Assembly: GCA_018985225.1 (NCBI GenBank)
Contig: JADGIF010000076.1
Span: forward strand, 1 to 23,131
DNA length: 23,131 bases
Origin: Amoeboradix gromovi X-113
Taxonomy: Eukaryota > Fungi > Sanchytriomycota
Direction of reading: 5' to 3'
The notes beneath the pieces are model-generated. The model did no database searches and was not told the DNA's origin. It saw nothing but the letters and a program-made list of their open reading frames with translations. Positions 9,517 to 19,404 of this stretch are shown here, piece by piece. How positions within the stretch are numbered: position 1 is the stretch's first letter; each line of letters starts with the position of its first letter. Both the position numbers and the translations under genes were made by a program.

Positions 9517-11596
9517 TTATCTCCACACATCAAGTAGTATTCTGGATTCATTTTTCATTCTTGCAAGTCTCTTGAGACTCGTGATCTCTTCCATAACAGA
9601 TTCAACCTGTCTAGCCATTACAGTGTCTCCACATATAAAAACTAATCCTCTATCAACTACTTGATCTACAAAGTCATGATATTCTGCAAGCCTATGTTGC
9701 ACATAACACTTTTTATCCGTTACTCTTGAATAGGCTGTATCATAAACATTTATAAGTCCTTCTTGTACACCGGCACTGAATTCCTCGACGTAAATAGCTT
9801 CTTTTGGAGTTCTGCATCCAAAGAGAAATAAAATTCCATTATCAACTAAAGCTTGTTGTGGTATTGCGTTCTCTTGGTCTATACAATTATATACTACTGA
9901 ATAACAAGATTCAGACAAAGTTGCTGTTTTGCATGATTTAGTAGTGCCATATCTCTCAGAACGATGTTTTAGCTCTCTTAAAAATCCTCTAAATGGCGCA
10001 ACCCCGGTTCCTACATTAGCAATAAACACCTGGGCCAACAAAAAGCAATGGTAATGGATGTTTGGGCACCTTGAAGTTAGATTTTCGGGTAAATACAGGC
10101 ACTAAAAGTGGAGTAGTGGCGTTTCCATAGCTTTTGCCGGATTTTTCTAAAAATTCCCAGCAACGCGTGAAATAGCCTGTACACAATCCAGTGTTATGTT
10201 TGGTTTTGTATTCTGTTACTCTGGTTCCCTCAATATCTTTTGGCTGCGTTATATCGTAGTCTAAAGTAACGGCACATATTGATATTCCGTCTCCTAATCT
10301 TTCGCTGCTACAAATACTATACCACCTCGCGCTTATCCTTGCCATGTATAGCAATATACATTCTAGCACAGCGGTATTACCTGGTATTTTAAAAAGTTTT
10401 AAAAAGTCTATAAGGGCAATTTTATTGTGAAATATTTGATCTTTATAAAAAACTTCATCTATTACACTGCAATAACCTAGTGCTTTTAATTTCTCAACTA
10501 GCAATAATGGTACACATACGTTCAGATCAACATAGAATGTCAGAAAAGTTCTAAGAGTTCTGTATTCTTCTTTCTCCCATTGTATAACCTTATCCAGCTT
10601 AATTTCAGATGAAAAGGCATTACCCTCTACTAAGAGATCGCAATCTAAGATTGTAGGTCCAGAAATAACAGTCATTTGACGATTTTCATCTTTTTCAAAT
10701 AGATTAAAATAGCGGGCAACTTCTTCCACTTTGCTAGTTGCATTTTGAGGATATATGGCAACATGGTCGCCATACTCCCAATTTATGGCTGGATCTTGCT
10801 TGTTGACTTCAAATTCCATATGCCAGCAAATACGATCAGTTTTAAATATTTTATTGATTGACTTTACTTTCATTAATTTCGGATAATTGCGATCAACTAT
10901 AACACTATGAACTGGGAAGCCAAAGGATATATTGCTAAAAGTTGAATCATATATTATGTTGATTTTTTTAACAGATTTTAGCATAGGGTAGCCAATTTGT
11001 TTACCGAAATGGACCAAAAAAATTTCAAATTGTGATGAAAAGTTGTAAAATTCCATTTCAAGCGATTTTGTCTCATCCAATTCCTTATAGAGATTCGGAG
11101 ATCCAACCAGTTTCCTTAATAGCTTAGCAGCTTGATTAAATTGTGTATAAGTGGAAGAACCTAGGCCTAAAATGACCTTGTCAACGTCTGAAAATATATT
11201 TTTACCATTTAATTTCAACGATTTGAAAAATAGAATACCGTCATCAGAAGGATCGCCATCTCCAAAAGTGCTGACAACGAATACTACCAGCTTACAAGGC
11301 AAGTTAACCTGCAAATCAACTTTGCCAACGTTAATAATTTGGCATGTCATGTTATAAGAAACTATCAAATCATGAATCTTATTGGAGTAGTATAGAGCAT
11401 TTCCTGTCTGAGTGGAATACAAAATCGTTATGTCACACTTTGCAACTTTTACAACCTCTTCAACCTCTAATGATTCCTGAAATTTCAATTGCTTTACCAT
11501 CAATTCCTTCATAAACTCATCATCCTGATCTTTTTTGATGAACCTGTAGTATATGACTGCAATAATTCCACATGTTAAAACAATTTCCAAAATCAT
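9517..11596 (-). CDS. NCP1: NADPH-cytochrome P450 reductase-like diflavin reductase; exons 11596-10030, 10010-9517; 686 aa
   Basis: N-terminal TM anchor. FMN domain LYSTQTGNA, STFGDGDP, LGLGSSTY..FN. FAD domain GDHVAIYPQN, RWYSICSS, GLCTGY. NADPH domain GPGTGVAPFRGF (after splicing), LFGCR, AYSR, YVQH, ICGD..MA, C-terminal DVW. Confidence 0.88.
10011..10029 (-). other. 19-nt spliceosomal intron (P450 reductase, phase 1)
   Basis: Minus strand gtgtttattgctaatgtag. Removal restores FVGP-G-TGVAPF; the intron has an in-frame TAA. Confidence 0.93.
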
Positions 11597-12413
11597 TGTT
11601 TTCTCCTAAATTCGACTATTAGCGTATCCAGAAATATGTAAATGATGGCTTTGTTCTTGAAAAGACCTCGGAATTCTATTTTACTTGCCGTAGTCCCTAT
11701 ATCGGTTGTAGCAATCTGAGTTTGTTCTGTACTTAAGAATATGCAAGCAATGTCTTTCTAATTGTTACATACACTATTTTGTTGGTAACGCTCCTGCAAC
11801 GGCTGTGTTGGCAGTGCTTGTAACTACCATCTTAGAGTAAATCACTTTGTGATCAGCTTATTTCACTTTCTCGTCTTTCTCTATCATTTTATTTCATGAT
11901 CCCAGCCAATGGGTTATTTATCTTGTGTGGGCATTCATACAGGTACTTCGCATTGCTCTTCTGAAGCAATTCAAAGAATTTTTGATTAGGAATTCTTTTC
12001 GTGGATAGTTTGGAAGCCAGTTATGGACTTACAAAGCCGTAGATATTGGTAAAGAGATAGACCTACTTGTTATTTCCGGGATGCTCTAATCTTGCTTAGA
12101 TGTCCAATAAAGTCAAGCAGAATGAAACCGAGTAATTTTCTATATGATGAGTAGGAAGGTCCAAGAGCTGGTCATTGGTGTTTGCGTGGCATTTAAGACA
12201 GAATTTATGGTTGAAAACGGCGCTGGAACTATTTCATTGACTAATCCGATCATCTATTTCGAGTTTGCTGGTGTCATTGCTATGGTCTGATAGGATTCGC
12301 AAGACAACATATGTTGGACATCTATTTCGTGAGGTTTGGAAATCTTGTCAATACCTCTTTTTCTTTTATGATCCCCTTCTACTCCAAGTCTACTTTTCTA
12401 GTGCACATCCCTG

Positions 12414-13019
12414 ATGTTTAAAGTAGCTGAAGATTCTGCTAGAAAGATGGAAAAGATCAATTCAGATCTGTTTGTTTTAACTTACGGTGCATTCGTTGTT
12501 CAACTGCTTCAGGATCATCAGTCCTTTAAGAAGGTCAATGTTGAATTAAAAAGTATTGGAAGACAAATTGGTAATAGGCTAGTGGAAGATTTCTTCGCCC
12601 GTACCAATATACCTAAGTGCTCTACGTTTGAAGAATGTATGGCTGTTGTCTGTGAAGTAGCTTTTAAAATGTTTCTGAACCTGAGTCCAAAGTACAAGAT
12701 GATCGGGGAGCAAGAAAGCATTATCACCTTGACAGATAATCCTTTGGCCGAATATGCAGTATTGCCCAAGAGTGCTAATGAATATTTGAGGTCCTCCAAA
12801 ATCCATAACTATGAAGATATTTGGTTTACGTCAAATGATGATGAGCCGCTGTACTACTCAAACGTTATTTGCGGTGTAATAGAAGGAGCCTTAGATATGG
12901 TCCAAGTACAGGTCACTGCCGAGTTTATTAGTGATACACTATTGGGCCATCCTCAGACAGAAATGCGCATTTTACTAAAGAAGATACTGGATGACGAAAT
13001 GCCGTTGGATGATGAGTAA
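12414..13019 (+). CDS. BET3: TRAPP complex subunit BET3/TRAPPC3
   Basis: KINSDLFVLTYGAFVVQLLQD, IGRQIGNRLVEDFFART, conserved Cys in KCSTF, AFKMFL, DNPLAEY, LYYSNVICGVIEGALDMVQ. Confidence 0.93.
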   Translation: MFKVAEDSARKMEKINSDLFVLTYGAFVVQLLQDHQSFKKVNVELKSIGRQIGNRLVEDFFARTNIPKCSTFEECMAVVCEVAFKMFLNLSPKYKMIGEQESIITLTDNPLAEYAVLPKSANEYLRSSKIHNYEDIWFTSNDDEPLYYSNVICGVIEGALDMVQVQVTAEFISDTLLGHPQTEMRILLKKILDDEMPLDDE

Positions 13020-13034
13020 ATAAGAAGTTTCTAT

Positions 13035-14192
13035 TTATTTATTGCTTTTTAACGACATAATTCTAAATATATCCTGCACAAACTTGATTCGATCATTCTC
13101 TTTGAAATATGTGAGCATTTCATATATATAGATAGGAGATTCTCCGTCCGCCAGCGCTTTAATTAGCTTATTAGTTAGTTTGTCCTCGTCATGTATGCCT
13201 GCTTTTCTAGAATTCATTTGAATCAGAGGCCTGAGCAGTGCAAGTGTTCGTTCTACTGGCTTGAAGCTCAACGACGGAATCTCCATAATTTCCTTTGGAA
13301 TTTTGCTGGCGGATAAGTCTGGTTTGATCTTTTTGTGAGGAACCGGATCTTTATCAACGAAAGGCCGCTTTCTATTATTTATGATCTCATTCTCTGCTTG
13401 TATATAGTTCCAGCCATCCTGCTTTTCTTCTTGAACTCTAAAGGGTCTTCTTTCTTTCAAATACTTAGTCCTGTGAGTATAGTACATGTGACTTGACTCT
13501 TCCTTCCAGTTTTCTAGCTCCTTTAATAGCTGGTTCTTACCCACTCTTTTATAATCCACAATCTTGGTGTAGCGGTTGTTCTCTTTTGCCATATCTTTTT
13601 CCCTCTGTTCCCATTGCTTCAATTCGAGTCTAAATTTAGAAATTAAATCTTCTTTTTCGGTAAAATGGGTACCTTTGTTTCGTGCCATTCCCGCCTTTCT
13701 ACGTTGTTCATGGATTTGTCGAACTGATTGCTCAGTTTTCTCCTTCTCTACATTCATTAATTGATATGACATAGGTTTCTCATCAAGTAACTCCTCAACA
13801 ATAGCTGATACTTTGGCTATAAAAGGTGCATCAAATTGCGCATTGCCGTCTTTAGGGTTGTCTTGCAACCATCTGTCCAGCTGCTTATTAGTCTTTTCGT
13901 CTATTCTCACCGCCAACTTTCCTTTTATACCTAGTGGTGAAATTATTTCGTAGTTGTCCAGTATTCTTTTACATCTTAACACGGATATAGGATCTAAGAA
14001 ATGGACAAATCCAAAAGATCTCATGGATCCCATGTTATCTCTTATCCGCTTCCATTGTCTTAAGTTACCAGCAGCATGCAGTAACTTAATCATATGGTCA
14101 TCTGCTAGTCCATTAGGGATGTTCCCTATAAATACTATTATTGCGGTAGTGTCACTCTTGCGTACAAGCACATCCTCATCATCTATTTGCAT
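13035..14192 (-). CDS. SNU71: SNU71/RBM25-like U1 snRNP-associated splicing factor (RRM, charged linker, degenerate PWI domain)
   Basis: Family-typical RRM VFIGNIP...LLHAAGNLRQWKRIRD...SFGFVHF.DP.S.LR. E/R/K-rich middle. C-terminal LRPLI...EDKLTNKLI...FVQDIFRIM resembles a PWI domain. Confidence 0.8.
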   Translation of the reverse strand: MQIDDEDVLVRKSDTTAIIVFIGNIPNGLADDHMIKLLHAAGNLRQWKRIRDNMGSMRSFGFVHFLDPISVLRCKRILDNYEIISPLGIKGKLAVRIDEKTNKQLDRWLQDNPKDGNAQFDAPFIAKVSAIVEELLDEKPMSYQLMNVEKEKTEQSVRQIHEQRRKAGMARNKGTHFTEKEDLISKFRLELKQWEQREKDMAKENNRYTKIVDYKRVGKNQLLKELENWKEESSHMYYTHRTKYLKERRPFRVQEEKQDGWNYIQAENEIINNRKRPFVDKDPVPHKKIKPDLSASKIPKEIMEIPSLSFKPVERTLALLRPLIQMNSRKAGIHDEDKLTNKLIKALADGESPIYIYEMLTYFKENDRIKFVQDIFRIMSLKSNK

Positions 14193-14257
14193 TTTATACT
14201 GTCACAAGGGTCAAGTAAACTATTAATATATTTATTCTCAGAGTACTTAACACTAGA

Positions 14258-15928
14258 TCAGTCTAAATCCATAGCATCCTCCTTAATTCGTTTGAAATCA
14301 AAAAGCTCTTTTTTATAATATGCTTGGAATAGGCTTGCAGCTGCCATTGTTGCAGACTCAACTGCACCAACAATTGTTCCATCGAACAAGCAATCACTGG
14401 CTAGCATTAGCGGAAACTTTAATAGTCCTGTTTTAATCTCTTCGGCTACATCTGGATCAGTGACAAACTTGCCACCCCTGATATATTTACAATTGCCAAA
14501 ATTAGAACAAATCATATCCTGTGCCCTTAAATTGAAGCAAGATAGTCTTTCAGTTAATTTAGCATGTCTCTTAAGCCCGTCCATCTCCAAAATAGATTCC
14601 GCACCTTTTCCTACACTAAAACTAGTCAAAACGCTGGCAGCTTCTTTAATATGAGTGAAAAAGAAGAATAATCCCCGCTCAGGATTTAGTAGCGCTTCGC
14701 TGGGTGGTGCAAGCACATAGAAGTATTCGTTCGAATTATCGAACTCCTTAAATACGATACTAGCAGTTTCCAAGCATGTATTATAAGCCCTGCCGAATGA
14801 ATTCCTAATTTTGCTTTTGATTTGATTTGCAAACAAGTATTTCCACTGGTAAGGTGGAGTACAGACAATCCCAGCATTCGCCAGTACATTTATAAATTTA
14901 TGCTTGTTTGTAAATTCAACATTAGCTTTGTCAGTTGAGCCGGAGAATCCACCAACGGATACTTGTTCAATTTCAAGATCGTTTAGACAGTATATGCCAG
15001 AATCATAATCCTTTAAGAGTAGATCCGACAATGACTCTGATTCAGCATTTTTCAACTCCATTATATTAACAGAGTCATAAGTATTCGCCAGCAAATCATC
15101 AAATTTGAGAATTAACGAACTCATTTGCTGTGGAATAGCATACTTCTTGAAGCTATTGTGGGTAATATCTGGTAAATGGCATGGATATATAACATCAAAC
15201 GATCCATATCTATACTCTAGATCTGCAACAATAAGATTAATCAATTGCAACTGTGACTCGTTTTCTTTTTCAAGAATCGCCGAAAGCAATGATGCCACGG
15301 TGGATTTGTTAGATTTGGACCTGTCGATAAGCCTTAGTACATTAATAACAGTATTTACGGCAGCCATTACAGCGTTGGACGGGACTATAGAACCATCCAT
15401 GTTATATACAGCGCACTCCCAAACACAAGGAATCGGTTTAGGACACCATCCTAGCTGGTGAATCAGATGCTTTATTTTAGGGTTTTCAATGTCGTACAAA
15501 AATTGACAGCCATAATCTGGCTTGTAAGCTAAAGCGTCCTCGCCACGAAATGGAAGCTTCCCTCCCTTTAATCTACCACCTAAAGAGCTATCTGCCTCAC
15601 AAATTACAACGTAGGGATCTGGCAAAGAATAAGAATGATGAAGGTTACGAAGCTGTAAAGCTGAAATCATACCGCTAATGCCCCCTCCCAATATTGCAAA
15701 TATTGGGCTCTTAGAGTCATGAGTTTTTTGCTGACTTACAAATCCGAAATTGATTTCTCCACTCGCCACTAATTTTTGAAATGCTAGTTTACAATGAAAT
15801 TGATCTTTAGAACCTTTACAGGCATCTTCAAATGTAACGAACCTGTTAGATGAAGATAACTTGCGAATGCGGTTTACTTCCTCGCCAAAAATCTCTGCAT
15901 TTTCTATGTAGTGAAGCAGATTGTCCAT
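14258..15928 (-). CDS. Divergent LSD1/KDM1-like protein (SWIRM-like segment plus flavin amine oxidase fold)
   Basis: First ATG at 15928. SWIRM-like end AFQKLVASGEINFG. Rossmann motifs ILGGGISGMISA and EADSSLGGR. Also IVCTPP, ERGLFFFF and the C-terminal LASD..DGTIVGAVESA. Confidence 0.72.
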   Translation of the reverse strand: MDNLLHYIENAEIFGEEVNRIRKLSSSNRFVTFEDACKGSKDQFHCKLAFQKLVASGEINFGFVSQQKTHDSKSPIFAILGGGISGMISALQLRNLHHSYSLPDPYVVICEADSSLGGRLKGGKLPFRGEDALAYKPDYGCQFLYDIENPKIKHLIHQLGWCPKPIPCVWECAVYNMDGSIVPSNAVMAAVNTVINVLRLIDRSKSNKSTVASLLSAILEKENESQLQLINLIVADLEYRYGSFDVIYPCHLPDITHNSFKKYAIPQQMSSLILKFDDLLANTYDSVNIMELKNAESESLSDLLLKDYDSGIYCLNDLEIEQVSVGGFSGSTDKANVEFTNKHKFINVLANAGIVCTPPYQWKYLFANQIKSKIRNSFGRAYNTCLETASIVFKEFDNSNEYFYVLAPPSEALLNPERGLFFFFTHIKEAASVLTSFSVGKGAESILEMDGLKRHAKLTERLSCFNLRAQDMICSNFGNCKYIRGGKFVTDPDVAEEIKTGLLKFPLMLASDCLFDGTIVGAVESATMAAASLFQAYYKKELFDFKRIKEDAMDLD

Positions 15929-16631
15929 ATGATAAAGATACAAGGAGTCGGTTACTTCAGTTCAAAGTAACAATAATTTTTGGAATGCATTTCACGGAAA
16001 ACGAACAAAATAGGCTGTTCTTCTATGTTGGAGATGGTTTATACCTTACTGGAAGTCCTTATTTGGGACAAATCCAGAATTTCCACGTAGAGACCGAAAG
16101 CTAGTAACTCTGTTACCGTGCTTGCTCGCGCTTCTCCTACCCTGAGATGAGGTTGAATATGGATGCATGTTTATCAAGCGTATGTATCTCGCTAACACGT
16201 TGTCTTTATCTACTAGTAAGTTACCATGGCCAATATTCACACTAAGTGAGACTTACGGTTCCGATTGTATTTTTGTAATGATTTGGAGAGATCTCTCACT
16301 GATAAAAATGAATACCGAGCGTTTACTGAGTTACAAACCACTCGCAAGAATAATTGTTGAAAGCATAAAACAATGCAATCAAGATAAAGTTTTATTCTCT
16401 TATACTAAGTACTGTAAACTTATGAAAACGGTGAGATATAGCGGCATTGGACAAGTTACTTAACATCACTCTGGATGCAATCCATTTTTATTTCATTTGA
16501 AGTAATAGAAAAAAAGGTGGATTCATTCAGTTCGCTTGATCGTCATAAATGGTCTGTTCAATTAAATTGATGACTTGCTCTTCCATAAACAAATTTACTA
16601 TTTTTGAAACGACATAAAATCCCTATCAAAA

Positions 16632-17552
16632 ATGTCTGGTAAAGTTATTGGACTATCCTTGGCAGTGTCTTCTAGTATACTTATAGGCTCTTCATTTATA
16701 ATAACCAAAAGAGGGCTTGAGCACCCGAATTATTTGCAAAGCAAAACTTATTGGCTGGGAATGTCCTGTATGGCACTAGGAGAAGTACTAAATTTTTTAG
16801 CGTATTCATTTACCAGCGCAATAACTGTTACGCCTTTAGGTGCTTTAAGCGTTGTTTTTGGTAACATTCTAGCGTTTATATTTCTAAAGGAAAATATGTC
16901 AAAAGTGGGATGGCTTGGCGTAATTTTATGTTTACTGGGTGCAGTACTGGTCATACTTAATTCTCCTGAAGAAGAACCTATTAATTCCGTTACCGAAATG
17001 CTAAATTTTGCGGTTCAGCCTGGATTTCTTGCTTATTTAGCAGTTGTACTCTCTGCAACCTATTTCTTAATGTACAAAGTGGAGCATATTGGGAAAAAAC
17101 GTTTGTTTATATATCTGACTATTTGCTCCGCAGTAGGCAGCATTACTGTCATTGCTTGTAAAGCATTTGGAATCGCAATTAAGTTGACCATTGAAGGTAA
17201 CAATCAATTAGCACAGCCGAGTACGTGGGCTTTTCTTGTAATAATGATACTATGCATTACTACCCAAATGACCTATTTCAACAAGGCTCTAGACGGATTT
17301 GCTAGTAACGTGGTGACCCCAATTTATTATTGTGGTTTTACTTCTCTTACTATTGTAGCCAACGTTATACTTTTTAAAGATAGAAATTCTGCGAGTCCAA
17401 AGGACGTATTAGGCGTGTTGATAGGATTTATTATCTCATTTATAGGAGTTTATGTAATAAATGATCAATCAAAGAAGCCGGCGAAAGGTTATGATGAGTT
17501 GACAGAAGACCAAGAAGAATCAAATCGGGGTGTAGAAATGCAAAAGCTTTAA
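16632..17552 (+). CDS. NIPA-family Mg2+ transporter (DMT superfamily)
   Basis: IGLSLAVSSSILIGSSFIITKRGL, YWLGMSCMALGEVLNFLAYSF..AITVTPLGALSV, ICSAVGSITVIACKAFGIAIKLT, QMTYFNKALD, VTPIYY; about 9 hydrophobic segments. Confidence 0.93.
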   Translation: MSGKVIGLSLAVSSSILIGSSFIITKRGLEHPNYLQSKTYWLGMSCMALGEVLNFLAYSFTSAITVTPLGALSVVFGNILAFIFLKENMSKVGWLGVILCLLGAVLVILNSPEEEPINSVTEMLNFAVQPGFLAYLAVVLSATYFLMYKVEHIGKKRLFIYLTICSAVGSITVIACKAFGIAIKLTIEGNNQLAQPSTWAFLVIMILCITTQMTYFNKALDGFASNVVTPIYYCGFTSLTIVANVILFKDRNSASPKDVLGVLIGFIISFIGVYVINDQSKKPAKGYDELTEDQEESNRGVEMQKL

Positions 17553-17570
17553 TAGTAAATCTGTTTATTC

Positions 17571-18537
17571 TTAGTACCGACTTGTTGCCAATGCGTATTT
17601 TGTTTTTAAGAATGATTGTAGTTCGGGTAGCGCTCTGACGCAGTAATCTACCTTTGCATTTACAAATGTATTTAAAAAAAAGAGTTGTGACTTGGCAGTC
17701 TCTGTAAAACTAGATTGAGGCTGAAGTTTAAGGGATCGTAGATTCGTTACCTCCTCAAACGACAACGGCCATTTAGCGGCTAGTTTGGATTCCATAACTT
17801 GCTCTTCATATATAGCATCGGCCCACTTCTTTGCAATATCATCATTCCTGAATTCATTACTCAAGTCTGCCATACTAAGCAACACTTTAGAGATCTAAAT
17901 TAATGGTAAATACAGTAATGTTAGATAGTGGTACATGTCGAATCTCTTCAGCTAGCTTGTGTGCATTAGCCAAATCAGTAACAAGAATAATTTCGGTAAT
18001 CTTTTGATATATTTCTATTTTCTTGTCATTTGGAATAGTTAAAAAGTCGTACTCAGGGTCAGATAATATCAACAGGGTGAGAGAGATATGCATACGCTCT
18101 AACGTAGACTGAAACCCATATAAAAGACCTAGCTTATTCATTGTGGCGTTCAAGAATTTATTGCTGACACCAGGATGACCAAGATCGTGGCAAAAGGCAC
18201 ACATCAATAAGGTTATTACTTCTAAATTGGAAAATTGAGTGGAATTGACTTTGGTAATTAATATATAGGCAAACTGCTGAACAGACACCGCATGTGCAAG
18301 ATTATGGAACTGGTTATCCAAGTAGTTGACAGCAACCACCTGTACAAACTTTTTCAGAATTTCAGAGTTTACTTGCTCACACTGAAATTCCATGAACATA
18401 GAAAAAGAAAAATCAATGAGCTGGGAGCTGTTGAACGACATAAGATCAATATCTATGTTTTGAATATCTACAACATTAAACTCTTTAATAGTTTGGAACT
18501 CAGACGGTTTCTTAAAAGTTAAAGGCAATAAATCCAT
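17571..18537 (-). CDS. Class I 3',5'-cyclic nucleotide phosphodiesterase, catalytic domain only; exons 18537-17914, 17894-17571; 315 aa
   Basis: FHNLAHAVSV, CHDLGHPGVSN, LERMH, VTDLA; after splicing, VLLSMADLSN...W...YEEQ..E...KSQLFF. The start at ATG 18537 is inferred. Confidence 0.88.
17895..17913 (-). other. 19-nt spliceosomal intron (PDE, phase 0)
   Basis: Minus strand gtatttaccattaatttag. Removal joins the TDLA and ADLSN halves of the PDE domain in frame. Confidence 0.88.
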
Positions 18538-18891
18538 CGCTAAAATCTTTTTGGCCAGTTTCAAAAACAATTTCAATTGGAGGAAATATATAATTTGATT
18601 TCTGAATTGCACAGTAAATCTAATGGCAAGCCATCTTGGCGAATAATGGACACGAGACTAATGAATTATACGAGTTAATGAATACTTTTTCTGAGTACCT
18701 TGCTGCTTTAAAAGAATTCGTAGTACTAATGAATGCCCGTCTTATGGAAACTGAACTGATACATTCATTTCGACCTAATTTAGGCATTAATAGAGATAAA
18801 ATGCTCTCACGTACTGCCAAAAATCATGTTCAATGGTTTTGTAAACTGATAAATGAAATCGAGTATTTGCTGCTGATGCGTAAATATCATC

Positions 18892-19404
18892 TGCGACACC
18901 AAATATAAAAACTAGACTACCTCGTTTTTAAAGAAGGTGCACCGTACGGAGGAAATGCTATCATTAATAAAAGATCTTCTATTATGCCAATTTTCTTTCA
19001 TTAATTGTATTCCCCTCTTCAAAATAAAACTAGATATGAGGTCTATGAGCATCTAAGCAAAAGGTGCATTTTCATAGACGGTACTCTTTTCTAGAATCAT
19101 TTTGTAATACTATACTAACATCATTACTCTTATCTATTTCTTTGAAGTGTAATAGTGATATTTTATTTGAAATAAGGATTGGATGAAAGAGTAAGAGAAT
19201 AGCTGTACAAAATATTTATTTTTGATATTTCGATACAAAAAGTTATTTATTTTCCTTTTATACTCGTCAACTCCGCAACTTGCTGAATGTCCACTCGCCT
19301 CTTAAATCAATAAGATTAATAAAGCTGAAATAATGTTCCAAGTTGTTACAGAAAGTTAGTCCAGTTTTTATATTTGATGTCCCAAATGTTTATTTTTGAA
19401 AATA
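18892..19404 (+). mobile_element. Non-autonomous ~0.5 kb MITE-like element with 31-bp imperfect inverted repeats
   Basis: Left IR tgcgacaccaaatataaaaactagactacct (18892-18922) versus right IR agttagtccagtttttatatttgatgtccca (19354-19384): 27/31 complementary, TG...CA ends. Both arms are repeated elsewhere in the window. No coding capacity and no clear TSD. Confidence 0.72.

Noticed and set aside
9879-9897. Intron look-alike gtagtatataattgtatag (19 nt, minus strand) inside reductase exon 2
   Set aside because: It has G rather than A at -6, and excision would frameshift away the FGCR/YVQ/DVW motifs. Useful as a negative control for the branch-A rule.
16023-16256. Candidate minus-strand mini-introns gtaagtctcacttag (15 nt) and gtataaaccatctccaacatag (22 nt) upstream of the LSD1-like gene
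   Set aside because: Removing them does not create an ATG-initiated frame joining the gene or any recognisable protein. Unsupported without RNA data.
18636-18908. 90-aa plus-strand ORF, and the other short ORFs at 15850-16463, 18620-18820, 19556-19798 and antisense within genes
   Set aside because: No recognisable motifs, and many have non-ATG starts. The 18636 ORF ends inside the repeat's IR; most of the others are shadows of real genes.
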